Notes: generated by a model from the letters alone, not told the origin. Counted from the first letter of the stretch, positions 33,114-43,411 are shown. The stretch is DNA of 64,000 nucleotides from an uncultured Gemmatimonadales bacterium (GCA_963842945.1 CAWJIM010000020.1:1-64000), one strand, 5' to 3'. Made by a program: numbers and translations.

Positions 33114-34940
33114 TCAGTGTTGAACGGTTAGCTCTATCCGTGAAGCGAGTGTGGGCGTGTGCCAGACGCGATGCGTTTGCGCTTGGAAGTCGCCTGCTTT
33201 GGCCTGGAAGATATTGGGCACCCAGGTCTGCGGATTCCGGTCGTACAGGGGAAACCAGGTGCTCTGGACCTGGACCATGATCCGGTGCCCTCGCTGGAAG
33301 GTGTAGCTCTGCTGATGCAGATCCACGGTGAACTCCAGCGGCGTGTTTGGGGCCAGGGGCTCCGGTGCGCTGAAGCTGCGGCGATAGCGGCCGCGCATGA
33401 TCTCGTGGGCCACCATGAGCTCGTATCCGCCCCAGGACCAGTTATCCGGAACGCTGTCGGGGAAGACGTCGATCAACTTGACCACCCAGTCGGCGTCGCG
33501 GCCGGTGGTGGAGGCCACGAGTCTGGCTTTGATGTTCCCCGCCACCAGCAGGTCCTCCTCCAACGGGGCAGAGACCCACTTCACGACATCAGGCCGGCCG
33601 TCCACAAAGCGCTGGTCCTCTGTCTCCCAGAACTTCCAGCGGCTGCCCCGCGCGTCGTAGGTGCGCTCCACCGGGCGGGAACGATAGGGCACCGGGTGAG
33701 CCGGATCCGAGACGTACTGATCGTAGGACGCCTCTCCCGCTCGAGGAGGATCGAAGGTGAGGGCGCCACCGCCATGGAGATAGAGACTGCGGGGCGTACC
33801 GCCGGTTTTCGGAGGCCAGCTGTCATATGAGCGCCAGCGCCTGGCTCCGGCGTCGTACACCATTGCCTCCGGTTGATCTCTACCCTCCCGATCCTTCAAG
33901 TAATGCGCGAACCACGGGGCCTCAACATCGCGTAGGTACGCCTCATAGGTGCCGGGGTCGACAATTCGCATGAGGTTGGCCGGGCGGCGCCAGCCGCCGT
34001 GGTTCCAGGGTCCCATCACCAAAAAGTTGCGCCTGCCACTGTCTCCCCGCTCGAGTGCGGCATAGGTAGCGAGCGGCCCGTAACGGTCTTCCTGATCCCA
34101 CCAGCCGCCCACCGTCAGGGTGGCAACCAGCGGAGTCTTGAGGATTTTCTGCACCGCTCGCTGCTGCCAGAACCGGTCATACGCCGGATGGGCCACAAAC
34201 GCCTGCCAGGTGGGCACCCTTCCGTGGAAATACTTGCGGTCCACGTTGGCGAGCGAGCCCAGACGGGCGTACCAGTCGTAGGTGTCCCAGGAGTCGATCG
34301 GCATCGCGCCGGAGAGCGGAGAATCCGTGCTCAGCTCCATCGAGCCGGCATACTCGAAGCCGTAAGACAGCCGGAACGCGCCCTGATGGAAGAAGTCGTC
34401 TCCCATCCAGGTGTCGGTCATCGGCGCCTGAGGTGAGATAGCCTTCACCGCCGGATGAGGATTGATCCCGGCCATGGTCGCCAGAAAGCCGGGATAGGAG
34501 ACGCCGAGCACACCCACCCGCCCGTTGTTTCCCGGAACATTCGCCAGGAGCCACTCGACCGTGTCATAGGTATCCGTGCTCTCGTCCACGCCCTTGGGAT
34601 CGCCCGGATCGTGGAGCGGGCGATTCATGATGAACTGTCCCTCGCTCTTGTACCTGCCACGGATATCCTGCGACACGAAGATGTAGCCGTCTGCGGCAAA
34701 GAACCGATAGCTCTCGGGAACTACGGTATCACCGGCGATGCCGTAGGGCGTGCGGGTGAGCAGAAACGGGAGTGGTGCGTGCGGCCCATCCGGCTGGCAC
34801 ACGCTGGTGTTGAGATGAATGCCGTCTCGTACGGGAACCAGCACGAAGCGGCAGCGGTAGGCCGGCGGAGCACTCTGGCCGCTCGCCCCTGGGGGAATAA
34901 TCAGCAGGGCGAGCAATGCCGTGACGTGAATTGTCGCCAT
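33114..34940 (-). CDS. CocE/NonD hydrolase (alpha-amino-acid ester hydrolase-like)
   Basis: LTRTPYG, QDIRGRYKSEG, GVSYPG nucleophile, WMGDD, WDQED, GPWNHG. Confidence 0.93.
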   Translation of the reverse strand: MATIHVTALLALLIIPPGASGQSAPPAYRCRFVLVPVRDGIHLNTSVCQPDGPHAPLPFLLTRTPYGIAGDTVVPESYRFFAADGYIFVSQDIRGRYKSEGQFIMNRPLHDPGDPKGVDESTDTYDTVEWLLANVPGNNGRVGVLGVSYPGFLATMAGINPHPAVKAISPQAPMTDTWMGDDFFHQGAFRLSYGFEYAGSMELSTDSPLSGAMPIDSWDTYDWYARLGSLANVDRKYFHGRVPTWQAFVAHPAYDRFWQQRAVQKILKTPLVATLTVGGWWDQEDRYGPLATYAALERGDSGRRNFLVMGPWNHGGWRRPANLMRIVDPGTYEAYLRDVEAPWFAHYLKDREGRDQPEAMVYDAGARRWRSYDSWPPKTGGTPRSLYLHGGGALTFDPPRAGEASYDQYVSDPAHPVPYRSRPVERTYDARGSRWKFWETEDQRFVDGRPDVVKWVSAPLEEDLLVAGNIKARLVASTTGRDADWVVKLIDVFPDSVPDNWSWGGYELMVAHEIMRGRYRRSFSAPEPLAPNTPLEFTVDLHQQSYTFQRGHRIMVQVQSTWFPLYDRNPQTWVPNIFQAKAGDFQAQTHRVWHTPTLASRIELTVQH

Positions 34941-34943
34941 CGA

Positions 34944-35471
34944 TCAGAACGGCATGCGGTATTCAGGAGGAGTGACTCCATTCAGCCGGAGGTAAGGCAC
35001 GATCTGGCCCAGGGTCCAGACTGAGTGCTCGAACGAGAGCATGGCCAGCCGGCTCGCCGGCTGAGGCGGCTGGCCGTAGATCGCGACCTGCTTGCTCAGC
35101 TGCGCGGGCTTGGCCTCCTGCAGCGCTTTCAGCAGGTAGTCATAGGTTGCAGCGGCGTATTTCCGGAGTGCGGCCTTGTCGTGCAGATAGGCCGAGCTGT
35201 CGCCCAGAGCGGGCGCAGCCTTCTGGCCTCGCAGGGCGATCGCCGCGACCTCCAGGTTTGTGGTCACGATATGATCGAACTGCTCGGCGAAGCTGCGAAC
35301 GCCCGGAGTGGGCCTGAAGCCGGTGGCGGAATCGGGCATGGCATCGATGTAGGCCAGCACCGTGGTGCGGTTCCGCTGCCAGTCGGCGAGCTGATCGGCG
35401 GAGATGGAGGACTGGGCCTGCAGCAGCCGCGTGGTGAGGGCTAGGGCCGTCAGAATGAAGAGTGGGCGCAC
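34944..35471 (-). CDS. DinB family protein, secreted
   Basis: AMPD..FRPTPGVRSFAEQFDHI; GQIVPYLRLNGVTPP. Confidence 0.85.
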   Translation of the reverse strand: MRPLFILTALALTTRLLQAQSSISADQLADWQRNRTTVLAYIDAMPDSATGFRPTPGVRSFAEQFDHIVTTNLEVAAIALRGQKAAPALGDSSAYLHDKAALRKYAAATYDYLLKALQEAKPAQLSKQVAIYGQPPQPASRLAMLSFEHSVWTLGQIVPYLRLNGVTPPEYRMPF

Positions 35472-35484
35472 AATAGGTCCTGGT

Positions 35485-35917
35485 TCAGTTGGGTTGGTCT
35501 GCTCTTGGCATGATCATATTCTCCGATCGGATACCCGCCGTTCCACCGGAAGCTCGGGGCCCATACGGCGGCGCAGCACTCCGCCAATGAGCGCTCCGAG
35601 CTCCGGTGGCCACGAAGGTGTAGCCGGCCAGCATGACGACTCCCACCAGCCATAGCTCGCTGTTCTCCGGACTGGCGACAACCCGCCAGAGCAGAACCGC
35701 GAGTTGGCCGAGGAACATGCCGGCAGCGATGGTTCCCGTCCGGCCCGGCGCGAAAAAGCCCAGGAGGAGTCCGCTCCCGAGCAGGGCCAGAGGATACGCC
35801 GGACCGTTGCCGTCCCAGGGCTCGGACTGGTGGAGAAAGCCGGCCGGGATCAGCCAGAAGCGCGAGACCGATGATGAAACTCAGAGCCAGAATGGCTCGG
35901 CGCGACAGGCGAGGCAC
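35485..35917 (-). CDS. Hypothetical membrane protein (frameshifted)
   Basis: Several hydrophobic stretches across two frames, in a co-oriented gene string. Confidence 0.5.
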
Positions 35918-35964
35918 CCCAACCTCCAGAGTTCAGGAGTTCATTGAAATCAGAGCTGGGCCAG

Positions 35965-36320
35965 TTACCGCGCGTACTGGTCCGCGCCGAGGAAATGCAG
36001 CGAGACATAGGGCTGATCGCCCACCACCCAGCTGTCATGCGGAACCGGTGGAACGTAGAAGAGGTCGCCCGGGTGCATCTCGACCACGCGGTCGTCGAAG
36101 GCAACGGTGGCCACCCCGGACACCACCAGGCCCAGGTGTTCCACCCGGCAGCGGGTCGAGCCGGTGGCCGGTCCCACATGCTCCGACCATTTCCATCCCG
36201 GCTGGTAGGTGGCCCGTCCAATGCTCATCCCCCTTCATCCGCACGATCTCGAACCGGCCCTTCGATCATGTCGCGGACTTCGTCAGGCTGTTCAAACCGG
36301 CGGAGAATAAGATCGAGCAC
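35965..36320 (-). CDS. Cupin domain protein (frameshifted N-terminus)
   Basis: GRATYQPGWKWSEHVG..C.VEHLG..PHDSWVVG. Confidence 0.85.
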
Positions 36321-36324
36321 GGGA

Positions 36325-36811
36325 TCACTGTGCAAAGCGCACACTCTGACTCAGCACGGCAATGGCCTCGACCTCGATCATCAGCTCGGGGCGGGCGAGG
36401 CTGGAGACCACCACCAGCGTGTTGGCGGGCGGGCGACCAGACCGCGAGACCTGGGCCCGGACTTCGCGCAGCGTCGGCAGGTTCTTGAGGTCGGTGATAA
36501 ACGTGGTCGTCTTGACCACGTCGTCCAGCGATCCCCCGACGCTGGCCAGCGCCCGCCGCAGATTCTCGTACACCCGCTGGGCCTGCGCCTTGAAGTCGCC
36601 CGCACCAACCAACTGCCCGGTGCTGTCGAAGGCAACCTGCCCGGCTAGGTACACGGTGCGGTTGTCCGGGGCAACCACAACGTGGGTATAGCCGTTGGGC
36701 TTGGTGAGACCCGGCGGATTGATGTAGCGGGAGGTTTGAGTCTGGGCTGACGAGGCGGGAGGACTTGCCAGGAGCAGCAGTGCCGCAAGACCAACCAGGT
36801 GCGACGCGCAT
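36325..36811 (-). CDS. Rid (YjgF/RidA superfamily) protein with signal peptide
   Basis: NPPGL..PNGYTH, VYLAGQV, DVVKTT, LMIEVEAIA; N-terminal LVGLAALLLLASPPASSA|Q (1-nt frameshift after the ATG). Confidence 0.85.
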
Positions 36812-36833
36812 ATCGCGATCTCCCAGATGAGAA

Positions 36834-37169
36834 TCAGGCCGCATGGCCATTGCCCGGCCCGCGCCGTTCGCGCACTTCGTAATGGGCCGATCGCTCATCG
36901 AAGCGGATCAGCAGCTGCCGGGCCCTGGGTGGAACCACAGCCTGCTCGTAGTCCTCGCCGGCAAAGGTTCGCACGGCCAGCAGCGAGTCGAACCACATGA
37001 TGGTGACAAACTCCACGCCTTCCTCCACCTCTCGGCGCAGAAGATCGATGCCCTGAAATCCGGTTATCCCCCGCTCGATGATGCCGGTGAAGATTTCAGC
37101 CTTGAGCAGGCCCTCATAGGCATCGGCGTTCCGGGCCGTCGTCCATCCTCTCCAGATACGGCTGATCAT
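36834..37169 (-). CDS. Antibiotic biosynthesis monooxygenase-like protein
   Basis: MISRIWRGWT..EFVTIMWFDSL..FAGEDYEQAVVP. Confidence 0.85.
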   Translation of the reverse strand: MISRIWRGWTTARNADAYEGLLKAEIFTGIIERGITGFQGIDLLRREVEEGVEFVTIMWFDSLLAVRTFAGEDYEQAVVPPRARQLLIRFDERSAHYEVRERRGPGNGHAA

Positions 37170-37390
37170 GCCGACTCGGCGTAGGAACGACCGCGCACCC
37201 GGATCGAGTCGAACAGCGCGCGGGAGACCGCGGCGACATCGTGTACCGCCCGATCGAAGGCCTCCTGGTTGCCCTGCGACGGTGCCTGGAATCCGCTGAT
37301 CTTCCGCACGAACTGCAAGGCAGCGTTGTGCAGCTCCTCATCGGTGGGAGGATGATCGGGATGTCTGAGACGCTTGATGTTCCTGCACAT
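37166..37390 (-). CDS. DUF2277 protein
   Basis: MCRNIKRL..PPTDEE..AALQFVRKISG. Confidence 0.9.
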   Translation of the reverse strand: MCRNIKRLRHPDHPPTDEELHNAALQFVRKISGFQAPSQGNQEAFDRAVHDVAAVSRALFDSIRVRGRSYAESA

Positions 37391-37426
37391 GTCTCCTCCA
37401 GTGGTGGTTGGCTGGCACTCGGCTCG

Positions 37427-38086
37427 TCAGACCCGCAGCAGCCGGAACGCGTGGGTCCAGTCATTCTCCCGAAAACCAGGAATGCACCAGAGCTGAGCCA
37501 GAGGCTCCAGGGCTCGGGCCGCAATCGCACTACCCATGTCCGCACCCTCCCAGCCGAGGTGCTCCAGCACCCGGGACACTATGGCCTTGGCCGCGGCATC
37601 GTTCCCGCAGAAAAACATGGTCGGTGGGCCGCCGGACAGGAGCGGATGCACCATGAGATCGCTGCCCACGCTATTGAACGCCTTGACGAACGCGATGCGG
37701 GGGTGCGCCGCCTGCAGTCGTTCCATCAGCGACTCGTTCGGTCCGGTGAAGTAGCGCAGCACGCCGTCCACCGGCGGATCATCACTGATCGGATTGGTGG
37801 TGTCGATCACCAGTTTGCCGTTCAGGTTGTCGGCGCCGGCGAGATCGATTGCCTCCAGCGCCGCTGTTCCCAGCACCGCGAGCACCACAGCCTCGCCCCA
37901 GGCGGCCACCGAAGAGAAGGTGCCTTCCTCGATCCCGGTGGTCCGGGAGAATTTGGCCAGCTTGCCGGGGGAGCGGGTTCCAATCCGCGTCTCATAGCCG
38001 TTGGAGCCGAGGCCCTTGGCCAGCGCCTGGCCCACCTCACCTGAGCCGAGGACGCCGAAACGCTTGGGATGGGAGGTAACAGGCAT
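37427..38086 (-). CDS. NADP oxidoreductase (F420-dependent NADP reductase-like)
   Basis: GVLGSGEVG, IDTTNP, VKAFNSVG. Confidence 0.88.
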   Translation of the reverse strand: MPVTSHPKRFGVLGSGEVGQALAKGLGSNGYETRIGTRSPGKLAKFSRTTGIEEGTFSSVAAWGEAVVLAVLGTAALEAIDLAGADNLNGKLVIDTTNPISDDPPVDGVLRYFTGPNESLMERLQAAHPRIAFVKAFNSVGSDLMVHPLLSGGPPTMFFCGNDAAAKAIVSRVLEHLGWEGADMGSAIAARALEPLAQLWCIPGFRENDWTHAFRLLRV

Positions 38087-38095
38087 GGCGGTCTT

Positions 38096-38560
38096 CTATA
38101 GATCCTTCCGGAAGGAGCGCAGGGCGCCGGCATCGTCGAAGCCGAGCGCCAGATGTGCCGCAATGCTGGTGGTGTTGTCGAACTGGGTGTCCGACCCAAA
38201 CTCCTGGCATCCTTGCGCGCGTCCCCATTCCTCGGCCGCCCGTACCAGGGCCCGGCCGACTCCCTGCCGCCGTAGCGACGGGGTCACGTACCAGCCCTCG
38301 AGGAAGGCCACCGGACTGGTGCGGCAATCTTCAGCATAAGGGCGGAGTGCCAGCTCGGCGAATCCGACCAGGCCCGTACCAGCCTTCTCTGCCACCAGCA
38401 CGGCTGCCAGCCGGGGATCGTCGGTGGTGAAGAACGCCTCCGCTTCGTCCAGGAGCTCCTGCAAAGGCTGGTCGGGCCAGAGGGCATTCCGCAATGTGGC
38501 CCAGCTCCGCGCATCGTCCGCCCGGGCCTCACGAACCTGGACGCCAGGCACCAGGTCCAC
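38096..38560 (-). CDS. GNAT acetyltransferase, AAC(6')-I-like
   Basis: LRNALWP, FAELALRPYAEDC.TSPVAFLEGWYV, EFGSDT..DN..S..AHLALGF. Confidence 0.8.
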   Translation of the reverse strand: MDLVPGVQVREARADDARSWATLRNALWPDQPLQELLDEAEAFFTTDDPRLAAVLVAEKAGTGLVGFAELALRPYAEDCRTSPVAFLEGWYVTPSLRRQGVGRALVRAAEEWGRAQGCQEFGSDTQFDNTTSIAAHLALGFDDAGALRSFRKDL

Positions 38561-38648
38561 TGTGGAACCGGGAGCGCCTGCCGGTTGGTTCGGTGTACTA
38601 TAGGATTCACTCAAAACGTTCCGTCCCGTATCTGAGGAATATGCAAGT

Positions 38649-39548
38649 ATGAAGGTATTTCTGACCGGCGCCACTGGATACATCGGCAGCGCCGTGGCTG
38701 AGCGGCTTCGGGCTGCAGGGCATGAAGTGAGCGCACTGGCCCGAAGCGACGCTGCTGCCGCCAAGCTCGCCGCTACGGGCATTCGCGGGGTGCGGGGCGA
38801 CTTCAGCGATCTCCGAAGCATAACCACCGCGGCTGGCGAGGCCGACGGCGTAATCAGCCTGGCGACCACTTACGACCCGGCCATCGATGGGCCCGCCATC
38901 GGCGCCATTCTGGAGGCGTTGTTGGGCAGCAACAAGCCATTCATTTATACCAGTGGGATCTGGTCTCACGGCGATACCGGCGGCAAAGTGGTGGACGAAA
39001 CCTCGCCCCCGAAGCCGGCACAGATCGTGAGCTGGCGCCAGGCGGTAGAGGAGCGGGTGCTTCAGGCAGCGGCCCGCGGAGTCCGCAGCGTGGTGATCCG
39101 GCCAGCCATAGTATATGGACGGGGCGGAGGAATTCCGGCCGGATTTGTGGAGTCGGCGCAGAAGGAAGGCGCCGCGCGCTATGTCGGAACCGGAGAGAAT
39201 CGCTGGCCCTTCGTTCACGTAGACGATCTGGCTGAGCTGTATCTCCTGGCGCTGGAGAAGGCGCCTCCTGGCACTCTGCTGCTCGGGGTCAGTGGACCTG
39301 CTTTCCGAGTGGCCGACGTAGCTGCGGCGGCCAGCCGAGGCGCGGGCGCGGGCGGCAAAACCGCTGGATGGCCGCTGGAACAGGCGCGGGGCAAGCTGGG
39401 CCCCTCCGCCGACGCGCTGGTTCTGGATCAGCAGGCATCGGGCAAGAAGGCGGAGACCCTGCTGGGGTGGCGCCCGTCGAGGCCGAGCGTGCTGGAAGAC
39501 ATCGAGCATGGCTCCTACGCCTCCGCAGAAAGGGGCAGCCGGAGATAG
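38649..39548 (+). CDS. NAD-dependent epimerase/dehydratase (atypical SDR)
   Basis: VFLTGATGYIG, IYTSG, IRPAIVYG, VHVDDLA. Confidence 0.92.
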   Translation: MKVFLTGATGYIGSAVAERLRAAGHEVSALARSDAAAAKLAATGIRGVRGDFSDLRSITTAAGEADGVISLATTYDPAIDGPAIGAILEALLGSNKPFIYTSGIWSHGDTGGKVVDETSPPKPAQIVSWRQAVEERVLQAAARGVRSVVIRPAIVYGRGGGIPAGFVESAQKEGAARYVGTGENRWPFVHVDDLAELYLLALEKAPPGTLLLGVSGPAFRVADVAAAASRGAGAGGKTAGWPLEQARGKLGPSADALVLDQQASGKKAETLLGWRPSRPSVLEDIEHGSYASAERGSRR

Positions 39549-39592
39549 TCTCGATGTAGACCGATCTTCCACTCCTCTTCTGGAGGCGAGCA

Positions 39593-40225
39593 GTGCTGGC
39601 CAACTGGATCACGCTATCGCGCTTTCCGCTCCTGCTGGTCAACATCCTGATCCTCTACCTCGGGTCTCCGGCGGCACGGCTTGCCGGCGTCGGTCTGCTC
39701 TTCGTGGGACTGATGCTGGACACGGTGGACGGCATCGTGGCTCGCAAGACCGGCCAGAGCAGTCTCTTCGGCAGCGTGCTCGATATCGCGGCGGACCGGA
39801 CCTACGAGCTGGTGCTGTGGGTCTGCTTTGCCGATCTGGGAATGATCCCGCTGGCGATTCCGCTGATCATCATCGCCCGCACCACACTGACCGATGCGCT
39901 GCGCAGCATCGGAGTGGGGCAGGGGACGGCTCCTTTCGCACAACATCGCTCCACATTGGGGCGCTTTCTGGTGGGCTCAACCGCCATGCGCACCGGTTAT
40001 GCCGTTACCAAGGTCGTGACCTTCTGCGGGCTGGCCCTGGCTCAGGCATTCAGTGGCTTCGGCACGGACACCGGGCTGCCTCAGGAGGTCCCCTGGATGA
40101 TGCGCGTGCTCCGAGTCACTGCCTGGCTTGCCGTGGTTTTCTGCGTGTTCCGCGGCTTGCCCGTGATCATCAGCTCGCTTCGCCGCTATTGGGGCACGCC
40201 AGCAGTCACCGGTGCCGTCCTATAG
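39593..40225 (+). CDS. CDP-alcohol phosphatidyltransferase
   Basis: ANWITLSR; DTVDGIVARKTGQSSLFGSVLDIAAD signature. Confidence 0.92.
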   Translation: MLANWITLSRFPLLLVNILILYLGSPAARLAGVGLLFVGLMLDTVDGIVARKTGQSSLFGSVLDIAADRTYELVLWVCFADLGMIPLAIPLIIIARTTLTDALRSIGVGQGTAPFAQHRSTLGRFLVGSTAMRTGYAVTKVVTFCGLALAQAFSGFGTDTGLPQEVPWMMRVLRVTAWLAVVFCVFRGLPVIISSLRRYWGTPAVTGAVL

Positions 40226-40264
40226 CTGCACGCAGGACGCTAACGAGAAACGACTCGCTAACCC

Positions 40265-42535
40265 ATGGTGCTCGCGCTCCTGCTGCTGATCCAGGCTCCC
40301 GGCCCGGGCTCCGCCCTGACCGTGATGGGCAAGGGTTCGCCGACGGCCGAGATTCCCCGGCTGGAGAGCTCGATCCAGATCGACGGCAAGCTGGATGAGC
40401 CGGCCTGGTCGCAGGCCACGCGACTCACCGGATTCTGGCAGTATCAACCGGTGGATGGCCGGCCTGCCGAGGAGGAGACCGAGGTGCGGGTCTGGTACGC
40501 GCCGGATGCCATGTACTTCGGCATCATCGCCTACGACCGAAATCCTCGAGGCATCCGGGCCACTGTGGCGGACCGGGACAACATCGACAACGAGGATCAC
40601 GTGGTCCTCGATCTCGACACCTTTCATGACCGGCGGCGCGCCTTCTTCTTCGGCGTGAACGCGCTCGGCGTGCAAACCGACGGCGTTCGCAGCGAGGGCG
40701 CTGGCCAGGTCAGCAGCCTGATCCCCGGCAGCACGGACAAGAATCCCGATTTCACCTGGGACTCGAAGGGGCGGATCACCGACCGCGGGTTCGAGGTGGA
40801 GATCCGGATTCCGTTCAAGAGTCTGCGTTATCCGGGGAGCAATCCTCAGAGCTGGGGGTTCAATGTCACCCGAGTGGTGCAGCGCACCGGCTATACCGAC
40901 ACCTGGACCGACGTCCGCCGGGCTAACGCCAGCTTTCTGGGACAGGAAGGCGCGCTCGGCGGACTCCACGACATGCGCCACGGCGTGACGGTGGAAGCGC
41001 AGCCGTTCGTGACCGCCACCGCGGCCGGGGCCCGCGACGCCGTGAGCGAGGATTTCGTGCGGGAGGATCTCAATCCCGACGCCGGCCTCAACCTGCGGCT
41101 CGGATTCAGCAGCTACGCGCTCGACGCGACGATGAATCCCGATTTCAGCCAGGTGGAGAGCGACGAGGGTCAGGTCACGGTCAACGAGCGGTTCGCGCTG
41201 TTCTTTCCGGAGAAGCGGCCCTTCTTTCTGGAAGGGATCGAGCTGTTCGGGTCGCCTCAGACGCTGGTCTACACCCGGCGAATCGTGAATCCCAAGGCGG
41301 GGGCAAAGTTCACCGGCAAGTTCGGGCAGCTGGGGGTGGCCCACCTGACCGCAGTAGACCAGACCGACGCCTCAGATGCCTGGTTCAACATCACCCGGTT
41401 GCGGCGCGACTTCGGGCGCAATTCCCTAGCCGGGATCACCTTCACCAACCGGGATCAGACCGACAACCACAACCGGGTCCTTGCCGGCGACTTCCGCTAT
41501 GTCTGGGGACTCTACTACACCCAGTTTCAGTATGGCCGTTCCTGGACCAGCTCCAGAGACTCCTCCGTGGACGCTCCCATCTGGCAGGCCGAGTTCGACC
41601 GGACCGGCCGCTCCTGGGGCTTCAACTATTTGCTGAACGGACAGGGCGAGGGGTTCGACGCGCAGGCCGGATTCGTCAACCGGCTCCGGAGCAATGTGGT
41701 CACCGGCCACGCGTTCAACCGCTTCACTTGGTACGGCGCTCCTCGCGCGCTGCTGGAGAATCTCACCATCTTCTTCGGGCCGGAGCGGATCTGGGCATAT
41801 GACCAGTTTGGCTTCGAGCCGGCGATCGAAGGCCGGGAGCAGGTCGATGCCACCTTTCAGCTTCGAGGGGGTTGGGAGCTGAACGGGCATGGCGAACGGA
41901 ATTTCGTGGACTTCCAGGATTCGAGCTTTGCCGATTACACCATCGGCAGTCCCGGTGGTCCGGCGTACTTCCCGGAGGACTTCTCCGGGTTCACCGGCCA
42001 GGTCAAAGTCACCACTCCCACCTGGCGGAAGCTCGGAGCGGAGGTCACATATGGACGTGGGCATAGCGCCATCTTCGAGGAGGGCACCACTGGCACCGGC
42101 TGGCAGCTGAGGGGGACGCTCGATCTGCGTCCCACCAGCACCATTCGGCTGGCCGCTCTGGCGACGGTCTTCCGGCTTTATCGCCTGGACGGGAGCGAGT
42201 TCGCCCGCTCGACCATTCCCCGGCTCAAGGTTGAGTACCAACCGAACCGGGCTCTTTTCTTCCGCGCCATCGGCGAATACCGATCGGAGCGGCGCGCCAC
42301 CCTGATCGATCCGGCCTCGGGTGACTCGCTGTTCGTCGGCGGCGTGGCCCAGCCGGCCACAGAATTCAATGGCTTCCGGCTCGATCTGCTGGCCTCGTAC
42401 GAGCCGACACCGGGGACGGTGGCTTTCCTGGGTTACGGCAGCTCGCTCGAGAGCGACGAGGAGTTCAACTGGTCCCGCCTACAGCGAACGACAGACGGGT
42501 TTTTTGTGAAGCTGGCGTATCTGATAAGGCGGTAA
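40265..42535 (+). CDS. CBM9-like / DUF5916 outer-membrane protein
   Basis: IDGKLDEPAW, EIRIPFKSLRY, NPDFSQVESD, FFPEKRPFFLEG; ends FFVKLAYLIRR. Confidence 0.9.
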   Translation: MVLALLLLIQAPGPGSALTVMGKGSPTAEIPRLESSIQIDGKLDEPAWSQATRLTGFWQYQPVDGRPAEEETEVRVWYAPDAMYFGIIAYDRNPRGIRATVADRDNIDNEDHVVLDLDTFHDRRRAFFFGVNALGVQTDGVRSEGAGQVSSLIPGSTDKNPDFTWDSKGRITDRGFEVEIRIPFKSLRYPGSNPQSWGFNVTRVVQRTGYTDTWTDVRRANASFLGQEGALGGLHDMRHGVTVEAQPFVTATAAGARDAVSEDFVREDLNPDAGLNLRLGFSSYALDATMNPDFSQVESDEGQVTVNERFALFFPEKRPFFLEGIELFGSPQTLVYTRRIVNPKAGAKFTGKFGQLGVAHLTAVDQTDASDAWFNITRLRRDFGRNSLAGITFTNRDQTDNHNRVLAGDFRYVWGLYYTQFQYGRSWTSSRDSSVDAPIWQAEFDRTGRSWGFNYLLNGQGEGFDAQAGFVNRLRSNVVTGHAFNRFTWYGAPRALLENLTIFFGPERIWAYDQFGFEPAIEGREQVDATFQLRGGWELNGHGERNFVDFQDSSFADYTIGSPGGPAYFPEDFSGFTGQVKVTTPTWRKLGAEVTYGRGHSAIFEEGTTGTGWQLRGTLDLRPTSTIRLAALATVFRLYRLDGSEFARSTIPRLKVEYQPNRALFFRAIGEYRSERRATLIDPASGDSLFVGGVAQPATEFNGFRLDLLASYEPTPGTVAFLGYGSSLESDEEFNWSRLQRTTDGFFVKLAYLIRR

Positions 42536-42563
42536 GGCGGTAAGGCGGTAGGCAGTAAGGCGG
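42525..42563 (+). repeat. TAAGGCGG octamer tandem repeat (x5, one degenerate)
   Basis: taaggcgg x3, taggcag, taaggcgg; supplies the DUF5916 stop codon. Confidence 0.8.
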
Positions 42564-42612
42564 AACGATGGAACGACGGTAAGAGTGGCATCTCGAACAA
42601 GTCGGAGATCGA

Positions 42613-43411
42613 ATGAATCGGTATCTAGTGCAGGGAGGGGCAGAAGGTCGACCTGGACGAGTTCGATCCCGACGACACCAGCCTCCTGAAAAAGGGGAAG
42701 GAAGAGGCGCAGGCAGAGCTTCCCACGATCCTCGAGCAGTTGGCTGAGGCTCAGGAGCTGCTCTTTGCCGGCCACGAGCACAAGCTGCTGGTGGTGCTTC
42801 AGGGGATGGACACTTCAGGCAAAGACGGCGCCGTTCGCCACGTCATGCGTGGCCTCAATCCCCAGGGCACCCGAGTGGTCTCGTTTCGGAAGCCGTCTGA
42901 GGAAGAGCTGGACCACGACTTTCTCTGGCGGGTGCACTCCAAGGTGCCGGCCCGGGGCGAGGCCGTCGTGTTCAATCGAAGCCACTACGAGGATGTGCTG
43001 GTGGTACGGGTGCACAACCTGGTCCCCGAGCCGCAGTGGAAAAAGCGCTACGATCAGATCGTCGCCTTCGAGCGGATGCTCTACGAGAACGGCACCACGA
43101 TCCTGAAGTTCTTCCTTCACATCGGGCCCGACGAGCAGCGGAAGCGGCTCCAGGCGCGACTCGACGACCCGAAGAAGTGCTGGAAATTTCAACACGGCGA
43201 TCTGGAAGAGCGGAAGTTCTGGAAGGACTACATGCGGGCCTACGAGGACGCTCTCAGAAAGACGTCAACCGATTGGGCCCCCTGGTACATTGTTCCGGCC
43301 AACAAGAAATGGTACCGAAACCATCTGGTCGGTACCATCCTCGCTCAGACGCTGAAGCGGCTGAATCTGAAGTATCCCGAGTGTAGTGTCACCGGCGTGG
43401 TAGTCGAGTGA
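42613..43411 (+). CDS. ppk2: Polyphosphate kinase 2 (class III-like); frameshift near the start
   Basis: LQGMDTSGKDG, HDFLWR, FNRSHYEDVL, APWYIVPA.KKWYRN. Confidence 0.92.
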
